Of a DNA stretch of 64,000 nt, positions 34,743-47,245 are shown piece by piece. Numbering within the stretch: the stretch's first letter is position 1; each line of letters opens with the position of its first letter. Made by a program: the position numbers and the translations under genes. Below the pieces are notes generated by a model, which worked only from the letters and a program-made list of their open reading frames with translations, did no database searches and was not told the origin of the DNA. Origin of the DNA: Octopus sinensis (taxonomy: Eukaryota); contig NC_043000.1 of assembly GCF_006345805.1 (NCBI RefSeq), forward strand, positions 82,832,001 through 82,896,000, read 5' to 3'.

Positions 34743-37704
34743 TCTATATATATAAAACTGTAGTTGTGTGAGTGTCTGTCCCCTTCGATTTAGATTCCTA
34801 ACTACTCCCACATTTTGCGGTGCAGTTTAACCAAATTCGGGTATCTTATAGTCGTGATTCATATCGAGCCCGTCTGGGTATTAGCGCGCGTCTACGATGA
34901 GTCTACGATTTTAGAAATAATTTAACATCATTTTTTATTCCATTTTAATGCATATTTTTTCGTGTGTCGATGGCGGCGGAGTTGGCGTCCACGCTCACAC
35001 CTGCACCTGTTTGCTTCTCCCCTTCTTCCCTCCCTCGTGAAGCTGTGGGGAAGGGAGTGTAAGGAAATCAACGTCGTAAAGCGTTGTCAAGGAGACCAGC
35101 GTTCTTTTAGAACAACGACTTCATGGCTTGAAGACACCAAAACAGAAAATGTCTACGATGAGTCAACGATTTTTAAAAAAAATTACCATAAATTTTTTTT
35201 CCATTTTAATGCATTTTTTTGCTATTTTTTGGCTATAACTCTCTAAAAATGCTTATATAGTTATTTCCCTTACAAACCCGAGCAACGCCGGCGATACTGC
35301 TAGTATATATCTATATATATAAAACTGTAGTTGTGTGAGTGTCTGTCCCCTTCGATTTAGATTCCTAACTACTCTCACATTTTGCGGTGCAGTTTAACCA
35401 AATTCGGGTATCTTATAGTCGTGATTCATATCGAGCCCGTCTGAGTATTAGCGCGCGTCTACGATGAGTCTACGATTTTTAAAATAATTTAACATCATTT
35501 TTTATTCCATTTTAATGCATATTTTTTCGTGTGTCGATGGCGGCGGAGTTGGCGTCCACGCTCACACCTGCACCTGTGTTGCTTCTCCCCCTTCTTCCCT
35601 CCCTCGTGAAGCTGTGGGGAAGGGAGTGTAAGGAAATCAACGGCGTAATGCGTTGTCAAGGAGACCAGCGTTCTTTTAGAACAACGACTTCATGGCTTGA
35701 AGTCGCCAAAACAGAAATCGCTAAAAAAGCTGAAACAGATCCACAAAAACGGCAATTACCGCCACACAGGGCAGGTTTCCTGTGCAAAAAGTTTGCACAA
35801 CCGAATGTTTTAGTTGTTGCACAAATCTTTATATATAAAAGTGAAGTTGTGTGTCTGTCTCCTACGATTTAGATTTCTAACTACTCCCACATTTTGCGGT
35901 GCAGTTTAACCAAAACCGGGTATCTTATAGTCGTGATTCATATCGAGCCCTTCTGGGTATTAGCGCGCGTCTACGATGAGTCTACGATTTAAAAAAAAAA
36001 TTACCATAATTTTTTATTCCATTTTAATGCATTTTTCTCTATAATATAAGGGAAGTAACTCTCTAAAAATGTCCACGGTGAGTCAACGATTAAAAAAAAA
36101 ATTACCATAATTTTTTATTCCATTTTAATGCATTTTCGCTATTATATAAGGGAAGTAACTCTCTAAAAATGTCTACGATGAGTCTACGATTTAAAAAAAA
36201 AATTCCCATCATTTTTTATTCCATTTTAATGCATATTTTTTCGTGTGTCGATGGCGGCGGAGTTGGCGTCCACGCTCACACCTGCACCTGTTTGCTTCTC
36301 CCCTTCTTCCCTCCCTCGTGAAGCTGTGGGGAAGGGAGTGTAAGGAAATCAACGTCGTAAAGCGTTGTCAAGGAGACCAGCGTTCTTTTAGAACAACGAC
36401 TTCATGGCTTGAAGACACCAAAACAGAAAATGTCTACGATGAGTCAACGATTTTAAAAAAAATTACCATAAATTTTTTTTCCATTTTTAATGCATTTTTT
36501 TGCTATTTTTTGGCTATAACTCTCTAAAAATGCTTATATAGTTATTTCCCTTACAAACCCGAGCAACGCCGGGCGATACTGCTAGTATATATCTATATAT
36601 ATAAAACTGTAGTTGTGTGAGTGTCTGTCCCCTTCGATTTAGATTCCTAACTACTCTCACATTTTGCGGTGCAGTTTAACCAAATTCGGGTATCTTATAG
36701 TCGTGATTCATATCGAGCCCGTCTGAGTATTAGCGCGCGTCTACGATGAGTCTACGATTTTTAAAATAATTTAACATCATTTTTTATTCCATTTTAATGC
36801 ATATTTTTTCGTGTGTCGATGGCGGCGGAGTTGGCGTCCACGCTCACAGCTGCACCTGTGTTGCTTCTCCCTCTTCTTCCCTCCCTCGTGAAGCTGTGGG
36901 GAAGGGAGTGTAAGGAAATCAACGTCGTAATGCGTTGTCAAGGAGACCAGCGTTCTTTTAGAACAACGACTTCATGGCTTGAAGTCGCCAAAACAGAAAT
37001 CGCTAAAAAAGCTGAAACAGATCCACAAAAACGGCAATTACCGCCACACAGGGCAGGTTCCTGTGCAAAAAATTTGCACAACCGAATGTTTTAGTGTTGC
37101 ACAAATCTTTATATATAAAAGTGAAGTTGTCTGTCTGTCTCCTACGATTTAGATTTCTAACTACTCCCACATTTTGCGGTGCAGTTTAACCAAAACCGGG
37201 TATCTTATAGTCGTGATTCATATCGAGCCCTTCTGGGTATTAGCGCGCGTCTACGATGAGTCTACGATTTAAAAAAAAAATTACCATCATTTTTTATTCC
37301 ATTTTAATGCATTTTTCTCTATAATATAAGGGAAGTAACTCTCTAAAAATGTCCACGGTGAGTCAACGATTAAAAAAAAAATTACCATAATTTTTTATTC
37401 CATTTTAATGCATTTTTCGCTATTATATAAGGGAAGTAACTCTCTAAAAATGTCTACGATGAGTCTACGATTTAAAAAAAAAATTCCCATCATTTTTTAT
37501 TCCATTTTAATGCATTTTCGCTATTATATAAGGGAAGTAACTCTCTAAAAATGTCTACGATGAGTCAACGATTTAAAAAAAAATTTCCCTCATCTTTTAT
37601 TCCATTTTTAATGCATCTTTTGCTATTTTTTTGCTATAACTCACTAAAAATGCTTATATAGTTATTTCCCTTACAAACCCGAGCAACGCCGGGCGATACT
37701 GCTA

Positions 37705-37705
<1 letters not shown>
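34743..37705 (+). mobile_element. Tandem array of non-autonomous Helitron units (~1.28-kb higher-order period)
   Basis: TC starts at 34743, 35310, 35826, 36592, 37106; hairpin+CTAG ends at 35303, 36585, 37705; identical motifs offset by 1280-1282 bp. Confidence 0.9.
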
Positions 37706-37746
<41 letters not shown>

Positions 37747-37747
<1 letters not shown>

Positions 37748-38160
37748 GGCGCAGGAGTGGCTGTGTGGTAAGTAGCTTGCTAACCAACCACATGGTTCCG
37801 GGTTCATTCCCACTGCGTGGCATCTTGGGCAAGTGTCTTCTACTATAGCCCCGGGCCGACCAATGCCTTGTGAGTGGATTTAGTAGACGGAAACTGAAAG
37901 AAGCCTGTCGTATATATGTATATATATATATGTGTGTGTGTGTATGTGTGTTTGTGTGTCTGTGTTTGTCCCCCCAACATCGCTTGACAACCGATGCTGG
38001 TGTGTTTACGTCCCCGTCAATTAGCGGTTCGGCAAAAGAGACCGATAGAATAAGTACTGGGCTTACAAAGAATAAGTCCCGGGGTCGAATTGCTCGACTA
38101 AAGGCGGTGCTCCAGCATGGCCGCAGTCAAATGACTGAAACAAGTAAAAGAGTAAAGAGT
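37747..38160 (+). mobile_element. Full-length tRNA/CORE SINE with internal microsatellite
   Basis: 'ggcgcaggagtggctgtgtggtaag', 'gggttcattccc', 'cttgggcaagtgtctt', tail 'gcggtgctccagcatggccgcagtc...gaaacaagtaaaaga'. Confidence 0.88.
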
Positions 38161-38180
38161 ATACATACATACATACATAC

Positions 38181-38249
<69 letters not shown>

Positions 38250-38619
38250 GATGTATGTATGTATGTATGTGTATATATATATATATATATTGCCGATGTC
38301 AAATCGTGTTGTTGAAACAGACATTGCTATATTTCGGGATGATCATCTTTTTAGCCTTTTTGCCGAATAAACACACGTACTATATATATTCGTTCATTAT
38401 TTCAGCTTTATTAATGCTCTTATTTTAGTGTCCATTGTCTGAAATCTTTCGTCACACGACCTGTGACCTCTCCAGCGACTCTCCATTTCATGTGTCTCTT
38501 CCTGTTTTTTAAAGTCCAATTTGTCTTTCTGTGGTGTGTATCCTTATCCGCGCATGTGTTTTTGTTTGTATCTGTGTGTGTGTGTGCGTGTGTGTGCGCG
38601 CGCGCGTCTATGTTTGTCG

Positions 38620-38830
38620 CCCCCTCCCCGCTATCGTTTGACAACCGATGCTTGTATGTTTAAGTCCCCGTAACTTAGCGGTTCGATAACAGAAACCGAT
38701 ATAATAAGCACTAAGCTTACAAAGAATATGTCCTGGGGTCGATTTCTTCGAATAAAAAACTCTTTAAAGCGGTGCTCCAGCATGGCCGCAGTCAAATGAC
38801 TGAAACATGTAAAAGAATAAAAGAAAAGAA
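38620..38830 (+). mobile_element. SINE 3' half
   Basis: Matches 37975-38160. Confidence 0.8.
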
Positions 38831-38847
38831 AAACCGCATATACACCC

Positions 38848-38939
<92 letters not shown>

Positions 38940-38944
38940 GGAGC

Positions 38945-39600
38945 ATTTTCTGTAACAAGAAGATTCTTTTGCAGAAAACCCTTCTCCTTGAAATAGTCCC
39001 ATAAACGGCTAGAGTAAAGACATGAGTAAAACACGCAGTAAATAAGTTTCTGGTAATCCAAGAGTTCGAGCTGAAGCCTATTGAACACCAAAACCGTTCT
39101 TGCTTTTTCTTGGAGTTCCAGGGATTTTTTTGAATGATATACCAAGAGGGGTTTTGCCTTCAAAATTCTTGAAGCATTAATGTAGAAAAATAGGGTTAGC
39201 ATAATCTTCACCACTTCATAACCACAAAATTTGGGCTCTTCCTGTATTAAATGAAGGTTCTCTTACGCACATCCACCCCATCCCACCACCACAAAAAAAA
39301 GTTGCTATTAAAATCCCACAGAAAACAAATCACTTCATTCTACAGGTTCACTAAACTTGAATATAGTATTTTTCTGCAGTGTTTATGTGTGAACTGACAG
39401 TTTCGCCATGCCTAACAGCCAAAGCAGTCAATCAATACATGTTTCGTTCTCTTTTTTTTCCTCTTTTTTTTTTTAGATAATTTCAGACCAGTCCTTACTG
39501 GCTTTAAATCCTTCTGACTTTGACATACTAATAGTACTGACACTAGAAGCATCCTTCTTAAGCTGCTTGTAAAGAAACTTTAACGGGGATAAATTGAGTT
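38945..39600 (-). pseudogene. pogo/Tigger transposase remnant (DDE N-part)
   Basis: FKASKDW..VRHGETVSS, then MLTLFFYINAS..KPLLVYHSK..KEKGF..LLVTENAP, resembling Tigger FKASRGWF, RHGEAAS, NASG..KLKPLLVYHS, LLLDNAP. Confidence 0.7.
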
Positions 39601-40160
39601 AATGAATTAAGCTGGTTTGAGTTCCAATATATGTGTGTATGTAGATAAAGGAAGAAAGAGAAAACCAGGATTAAATGCGACCATTTATTCAACACGTAAA
39701 AGAGCATTAACCCAGCAAAGTTTGATAGAACATATCTTGAATGATACTGTCAGAAAATATACGTATGGTTTCTCATGCAGTTGGTACATGATGATGTATG
39801 CGGTGTTGAACGAAAAATCAAATACGTGACATGACTTCTGCTAGAAGACGGGAACAGACGTATAGATCGAAGACTTCCTGAGAAATAAACTTCCTCTCTG
39901 CCGAGATCTGAACCCACCTCGCTAAAGAATAGCGGGAAGAGTTCTCCTTATGTAGCTGATGGTGGGTTCCAGTGAGTAGACGGCTGGTCTGTCACATGAT
40001 GGGATGGCTAGGCCACGTAAAGCGAGAAGGGCTAGATTGATGTGTAACCCATCACGTGACCAGCTCATGTGACTACTTGTAGAAAACAGGGTATGAGCCG
40101 ACATTCGCTTATTTAAAGGTAGACAAGCAAACTGTGAACATATACTTGCTACAAGACTTA

Positions 40161-40196
40161 TCTATATATATAAAGCTGAGAATGTGTCTGATTGTT

Positions 40197-40231
<35 letters not shown>

Positions 40232-40677
40232 ATGTATGTATGTATGTATGTATGTATGTGTGTATGTATGTGTGTATCACTAAAACTCAAGAACTACCCA
40301 ACGGATTTCATTCAAATTTTACACATGCCTTACTTAGGGTCCATGCAGTGTCATGGGCCAAATAAATTTTCAACTTCTTGCCTAATGCAACCCGGAGCAA
40401 TCTCTTATATCTTACACTGTTTCCGTATTACGTGTCAAAAGTGAAACAATAACATCTCTATTAATACTTTATTGCTGTGTTTACGTTCCCATAGCTTAGC
40501 GGTACAGCAAAAGACACTGATACAATAAGTACTAGGCTTACAAAGAATAAATCCTGTAGTCGATTTTTTCGACCAAAGGCGGTGCTCCAGCTTGGCCGCA
40601 GTCACATGACTGAAACAAGTAAAACAATAAAAAAACAATGCCATTTTAATCCCGAGCAAGACCGGTATCTCTGCTAG
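40161..40677 (+). mobile_element. Non-autonomous Helitron carrying a SINE tail
   Basis: A|TCTATATATATAAAG start; 'cccgagcaagaccgg' then CTAG|T end; SINE 3' part at ~40490-40630. Confidence 0.8.
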
Positions 40678-40689
40678 TTTTATATAAAT

Positions 40690-40790
40690 AAAATGTCATA
40701 CTCACTGAATCACAAGCAAATTGTTTCTCTTTGATCCACACTAATAAGAAATTTTCTGTCTCGTCCGTATGTGATGCACAGGTATTATTA
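40690..40790 (-). pseudogene. pogo/Tigger HTH (CENP-B-like) fragment
   Basis: ETENFLLVWIKEKQFACDSVS, resembling EKLLLVW..EKQLAGDSV. Confidence 0.6.
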
Positions 40791-40802
40791 GGCCTGCCCT
40801 CA

Positions 40803-41000
40803 TAAGGCGGCGAGCTGGCAGAATCGCTACCATGCAAAATACATAGCGGCATTTCGTCCGTCTTTATGTTCTGAGTTCAAATTTCACAGAGGTTGACTTT
40901 GCCTTTCATTCTTTCGTGGTCGATAGAATGGCTATCAATTGAGCATTGGAGTTTATGTAATCGGCTTACCTCGCTCCCCCGAAATTGCTGTCCTTGTGTC
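40803..41000 (+). mobile_element. Meta/Sauria-like SINE
   Basis: Same family as 9188. Confidence 0.8.
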
Positions 41001-41019
41001 AAAATATGAAACTATTATT

Positions 41020-41745
41020 AATTCTTATTTACATTATTTACATTTGACAGATATTTGTCCTCATCTTGTTTGTTGTTAACGCAGCCTTCTTCAGATGTCT
41101 TGAGGAAATTTCGAACCTGGGTTCTCATTCCTAAGGTATTTTTTGATGTTGTTATTATTATTATTATTATTGAGTGAGAGAGCAGTGCATGCCATCAAAG
41201 TGACAATGGGGTAAAATATACGAAGCCCAGTGTACCCATCATGATTACCCGTCTGATAAGGGTACACCAGGCACATGTATCACAACCATATGTGCGCGAC
41301 ATGGTGATCTCATATCAAGATAAACAGCACATGACCTTGCAGGTGGGGCCTAGTTAGAATTTTTGTTCTGATCGAGTAGTTCTTCCCACTCAAAAGGTCC
41401 CAGAATAAGGATTGTTTAAGGATGTTGAACGAACCACCCATGTTTCCAGAGGTGAACTATCCAAACCTCCAAGAATTCCTTTCAACACACGGCTATGATG
41501 CTCCCCCACTACTTCTGCTTGTGATCAGAGATGCACATATTGTCAGCCACTAAGGGACATGGTCAACTGGTTATGGACAAACAACTGACAAGCAAATCTG
41601 TGGTATTGGGCAGAATATTTGCTGTAGCCCATCTTTTATACCAAGATAAAACAATGTACATGATAACACTTCCAATCAGTTAAGATCAGGAGCCATGAGA
41701 GCCACTGTCTGGTACTGTATCAGGGCATTTATTATTATTATTTTT

Positions 41746-41778
<33 letters not shown>

Positions 41779-41853
41779 CAGGTCACTGCTTGGAATCGAA
41801 CTCGGAATCTTGGGGTTAGTAGCCCGTGCTCTTAACCACTACGCCATATGTCC
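41020..41853 (-). mobile_element. Retroposon: tRNA-like head (41853-41778) + (AAC/AAT)n + hammerhead-bearing tail (41150-41020), split by an insertion
   Basis: A box TGGCGTAGTGG, B box GAGTTCGATTCC; tail 'gacat-CTGAAGA-AGGCTG' (stem II/III deleted), continuing as in the plus copy. Confidence 0.6.
41172..41727 (+). mobile_element. Non-coding interspersed repeat flanked by (TTA)n on both sides
   Basis: (ATT)n at 41150-41171 and 41728-41745; partial second copy at ~47260-47535. Confidence 0.7.
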
Positions 41854-41855
41854 GT

Positions 41856-41876
41856 GGGCATAGTGGCGTAATGAAC

Positions 41877-41937
<61 letters not shown>

Positions 41938-42075
41938 TCGAAAAATACCAGGTTCGAAATTTCCCCAAGACACTTGAAGAAGGCTGGAGGGTATATCAGC
42001 CGAAACGCTGTGTTAACAACAAACAAGATGAGGACAAATATCCGTCGAATGTAAATAATGTAAATAAAGTACATA
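41856..42075 (+). mobile_element. Inverted partner copy: head stub + (AAT)n + hammerhead tail
   Basis: 'gggcatagtggcgtaa', (AAT)n, then 'aaaaatacc..aggttcgaaatttcc.caagac..aacaacaaacaagatgaggacaaatatc', collinear with the minus copy. Confidence 0.65.
41969..42014 (+). ncRNA. Minimal type-I hammerhead motif (two core substitutions in this copy)
   Basis: gacac-TTGAAGA-A-GGCTG-loop-CAGCC-GAAA-CGCT-gtgtt: 5-bp stems I and II. C3 and U16.1 are altered here; the minus copy keeps CTGAAGA. Confidence 0.6.
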
Positions 42076-42700
42076 ATTCTGCATCTCGTAAATATAGAAC
42101 TGTATTATTAAGTCTGCCCATACTGTTGGTCACTATAGAGTTGATTAATCACTGCGCTCTGAGATCACTTAAATTATCACCAATTCCCCTCGATTTCTTT
42201 CAGCCATGTAAATATTCTTATTAACATCATAACAATTTCTTATACAGTTAAATTTATCGTTTAAAATTCCAGGTGGTTCCACTTCGAATGCAATAGTTAA
42301 CCAACTAGGGTGCAAGTTCACATAAACTCGTACAGATGGTCCAGGAACTAGCTTCTTTCGATGTGCAGTGACTATGCAGATTCTTTTAGTCGTTATTTTT
42401 GAATGGAAATCATTCGTTGCCAAGATTGACATGATTGAAAATGTTTCCGTTGCCTCTTGTTCAACTGCACACACATACATCTCTCTCTCTCCCCCTCTCT
42501 CTCTCTCACACACGCTCTCCCTCCTACTTTCTCTTTATCTCTTTATTTGTCTCTCTCTCTCTCTCACACACGCGCGCGCCCACACACACACACACACGCA
42601 CACATACACACACACACACATTCACACACTTACTGCTATTCCAACAGGGAGTAACTGTAATATATATAATATATAATGTATGTATGTATGTATGTATGTA

Positions 42701-42769
<69 letters not shown>

Positions 42770-43156
42770 ATTTAAAATTAAATTACCCTCTATGTGCACA
42801 ACTATTTGCCTTTGAACTTTGAATTTAAATGACTTTCTCTTGATCAAATATTTCCTCCAAATATCCATCTTTCTGTCTCATTCTGCTTTCTTCTTTTGTA
42901 ATGTAAATAGTGCAATAAATGGACCCTTAACTGCTTCGTATTGAATAGATTCAATTAAAATCGAAATACAGGCTTCTATCTATGAATATTAAGAGCACTT
43001 TGTTGAAACGAGAAAAACAAAAAATGAATCATATGAAATATATAAAATTTATATGATGTACTTCACTCTCTTCCATTTAGTTTCATTTATGAGAAGAAGA
43101 AAAAAGGATTCCTTAGAAGCGGGTGCTCTCCTGTGTAGTATAAAGAGAAACAGCCA

Positions 43157-43190
<34 letters not shown>

Positions 43191-43237
43191 TAATTATGGT
43201 GGCTAGACGCAATTTAAAACCAAAAGCGAAATAATTC

Positions 43238-43505
43238 ACCGTCACTATAAAGTGACCAAGGGTGCAGGAAGCACTGACATTGCTAGAAATAAGAGTCAGA
43301 GATTTTTCAGCAGCAGAAAGCACGTGTTCTATTTAACTGACAGGGGAGACAACCTCTCCACCGTAAGTGAGGTGCATTAGATTAACATGCTAATTTGTAT
43401 GCAAAATTAAATAGAACATGTGCTTTCTGTGGCTAAAGAGTCTTTGACTCTTGTTTTTAATAATGCCGGTGCTCCCTGTACCCTTGGTCACATTTTAGTG
43501 ACGGT
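43238..43505. mobile_element. MITE with ~100-bp imperfect TIRs
   Basis: 'accgtcactataaagtgaccaaggg...cagaaagcacgtgttctatttaa' vs 'ttaaatagaacatgtgctttctg...cccttggtcacattttagtgacggt'. Confidence 0.8.
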
Positions 43506-45141
43506 AGATTATATAGATATCTCGACCGTTGATTTTCGAGCGATTACGGTTCCTGTCAAAATGAATGCATACAATTATGTGCATTGACTGAAGCATTACA
43601 GGATTTAGCTCTTAATTCTAGCAATGTAGGTGTTTCCAACACCCTCAGTCATATTTAATGACGGTTATAGGTTTCCTTTTTGATATACATTTGCTTACTG
43701 CTGCCTAAATCACTTGTGTATATGTATGAATATGTGTATGCGTGTGTGTGTGTAGCCATTAATGCATCATACTTAAAGTAAATACATTGGGGTAAGCAAA
43801 TGTATTGCGGTATTCATTTGGGGATGATATCTCCAGATGCGTTCTTTAAAACACTATATGTATATATCAGATGGAGACGGGACTCTTCCGAGCAGTGGCG
43901 AATGAGAACGTTATATGCATTTCTGCTTCGTTGGACGTTATCAATAACGTGTACGCACTGCCAGCATACTTAGACGAAATCCACCATCACAGATATATAC
44001 GAAAACAGTGAATAAACCTGTAGCCACCCAGCTGAGTAAAACTCCATTATCTCCAGCAGAATACCGCCTGTCACTATGTATTTGCACAAAATTATTGTTT
44101 TAATCTAATACTGCTTCTGTAGTATATAATCGATGTATGCGTGCGTGTGAGGGGGAGTGTACAGTTTAACAGATCCGCATTAGTCTGAGTTTCATAGATG
44201 TAAAAAAGCACGTCTAACAACGCAGACATTGTGATTTTAAAATTTGTAACACTACCTGAACGATCAGTGTGCTTTTATGTTTGTGAAACAGTGAGTAATG
44301 CAGATCAAAGTCACAAATTCACAATACATACATAAAGGCAAGTTTGCGTGTGCGCGCGCATGTGTGCGTGTGGGTGCGTGCATGTCTGTGTGTATGTGTG
44401 CATGTCTGTGTGCGTCTTTATATTTCTGTTTTCCCCCGCCAGCACCACTGCTTGACAACCGGTGTTGGTTTGTTAATGTCCACGTAACATAGCGGTTCGG
44501 CAAAAAGAGATTGATAGAATAAGTACCTGACTTAAAAATAAGCTTATATATATATATATTATATATATATAACCTTTCTAAGGTATTTCTTTCATGCTGG
44601 CCACTTGATAATTTCGACACTTAAATATCGATATTATCCTCATATATAAATTTATATAATTCGTTATTATATTCACTGCGGTGCTTATTTTAACCATATA
44701 GTAATTATGCGGTGATTTGGCGGGCGATTCAAACTGGCTGTGTCCATACGTGCATATGTATGTATGTGCGACGCTCGTGTATGTAAGTATATCGTTTGCT
44801 GTGCATACATATATCTGTATTTATGTACCCTTGATATATTCAATTGATGACGGTAAAGCTTATTTAAAGCAGAACCAGAAATCCTTGGATCTTGAAGTAT
44901 TCAATAATTTTTGCTTGTATGTTTTGTCCCTCCGCTTTACCTCATGGTGCGATATGAACATTTAACGTGGTTTTATAGTCAGAGTTTCGACTGCTATTTC
45001 GGCATGTTGGTGTCTTTTAGACACCCTCATTTTTAATTGTTAAAAAAATTTTTTACCTTTGTAAGGTATTTCTTTCATGCTGGCCACTTGATAATTTCGA
45101 CACTTAAATATCGATATTATCCTCATATATAAATGTATATA

Positions 45142-45259
<118 letters not shown>

Positions 45260-45400
45260 GTGTGAATATGCATGTATATGTATGGGCGTGTGTGCGCGCG
45301 TATGACCATGTATACTAGAAAGTAATGCAAAAGTGGGTATAACAAATGTCGTTCAAAGCTGTACATGTTAGTAGAATAGCTCTCCCTGTACACAAAAGTA

Positions 45401-46330
45401 ATTAATATTCAGCGTAATCACCATCACAAGCGACGCATTTGCACCATCGTTGAACCTAGCACTGGAATCCTTTGTTCTCAACCACTTTCACCTCAGCCGT
45501 GTTATCAGAATATTATCCTCCATCAGACAGAGCAGGAGAAGTTGGCTGGGCTGTATAGTGGGTGGAGAGCCTTTGACAAGCCCAGATTGCTTATTGCCTA
45601 GTTTGTAACTAAAGCTGTATTGATGAATGTAGATCGTTGTCAGATTCTTGTTCGGATTTAACTCCCAATGACTTTTCTTAGTTTGTTTTTAATGTCTCAT
45701 TGTACCGCTTGCTGTTCACTGTACGACTATGTTCCAGAAAACCAAACAGAATGATGCCGCTCTCATTCCTCCAGTCAACATAATTTTTTTGAGTCGATCA
45801 CTGACTTTTGAACTACTTAGGCTTTGCACTGAACCTTTTGGATTTGAGCTGTTGCCAGATCGGAAGAAATATGACTTAATTGATATCATACGCTTCTGGG
45901 GGGATCACATCAGACCTCCATCCTTCTCTTCAGCAAATAAGTTATCAACTTACACTTTTCTATACCCCAAAGTCTTCCGCTATCTCTTGCAAGGCATTGT
46001 TACCACAGTCGAGTTGTTCAGCAAGCTCGCGTGAACTATGACTCGTCTGTCTGGGCGAATCAATTTATCGATATGCCGGTGATCCATGTTAGTGATCTCT
46101 CACTATGTGGTTTGTCATCATCTTCTTTAATCTTCATTCGTCTGTGCACATTGCCCTCTCTTGCTAATAAATTCATTTCTGTAAACGATTTGAAGCTTTC
46201 TGTGGCTGTCGGACAAGCTATATACTCCTCCTCCATGAAGGACTTTTTGACGGCACGTTACAACTGCTTGAGCTTATTTGCTGCAAAGAAGATAAACAGG
46301 AAGAAGAGTTACTAAAGAGGAACATCTGCA
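45401..46330 (-). mobile_element. Highly degenerate mariner transposase (irritans-like)
   Basis: IDKLIRPDRRV, LGYRKV, KKIMLT..W...[40 protein letters not shown]. Confidence 0.75.
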
Positions 46331-46824
46331 TTTCACTTTGGAGAACCTACTTGAGCTAATAAAAGACGTTATGCTCACTTTTGCATTACTTTTGGGACAT
46401 CCCACGCACGCACACATACACACACACGCAATCTATACATACTTAAACTTCTGATGTACTTGTCTACTCAGCATTCCACTAAACACTAAACAACCTATCA
46501 GATAGTAAAATCATCGGAGCAGTTAATTGCCTTTCATGAGCATATCAGTGGGACGGAAAAGAGGCGGAGTCGCGCTGTCTATTATGTTAGGAAATTTTTA
46601 TCAGATGAAGAAAAAGAACATTAGTGTCGAACCCTGAAGTCTACTAAGTGCTATTTGATTCACAGAAATTAACTCTAGTGATTTGCTTGATCTGAAAATG
46701 CTTATCTTAACAATGAATATTTCATTTACACTCTGAGTTAAAATTTATCTTGTTCTAATTTATATATTTCATATAGTCTTATGTGTCCAGTGCTTTTCTT
46801 AAATTTATTTTTGATTTTTAAATT

Positions 46825-47245
46825 CAGGTTTGCGTGGCGCATTGGACAAGTGTCTTCTATAATAGCTTAGGCCGACCAAAGCCTTGTGAGTGGATTTGGT
46901 TGACTGAAACCGAAAGAAGCCCGTCGTATATATAGATATGTATGTATGTATGTATGCATGTATGTATGTGTGTGTATGTAAGTGAGAGAGAGAGAGAGAG
47001 AGAGAGAGTGTGTGTGTGTGTGTGTGTTTGCATGTATCTTTGTGTCGGTGTTTGTTCCTCACCACCGCTTGAAAATCGGTGTGTTTACGTCTCCGTAACT
47101 TAGCGGTTCAGCAAAAAAAAATCGATAGCACAAGTACCAAACTTTAAAATAAGGACGGGAGTCGATTCATTCGACTAAAAATTGTTCTAGGCAGTGTTCC
47201 AGCGTGGCCGCAGTCAAATGACAAACAAGTGAAAGATAAAAGACT
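46825..47245 (+). mobile_element. tRNA/CORE SINE, 5'-clipped
   Basis: Collinear with 37747 family. Confidence 0.8.

Noticed and set aside
34962-37094. Four repeated 93-113 aa ORFs that look like a gene family
   Set aside because: Alternative-start frames inside Helitron tandem units that run into A/T tracts; frames differ between copies.
41778-41853. Possible genuine tRNA gene
   Set aside because: A and B boxes are present but the acceptor stem does not pair; treated as a retroposon head.
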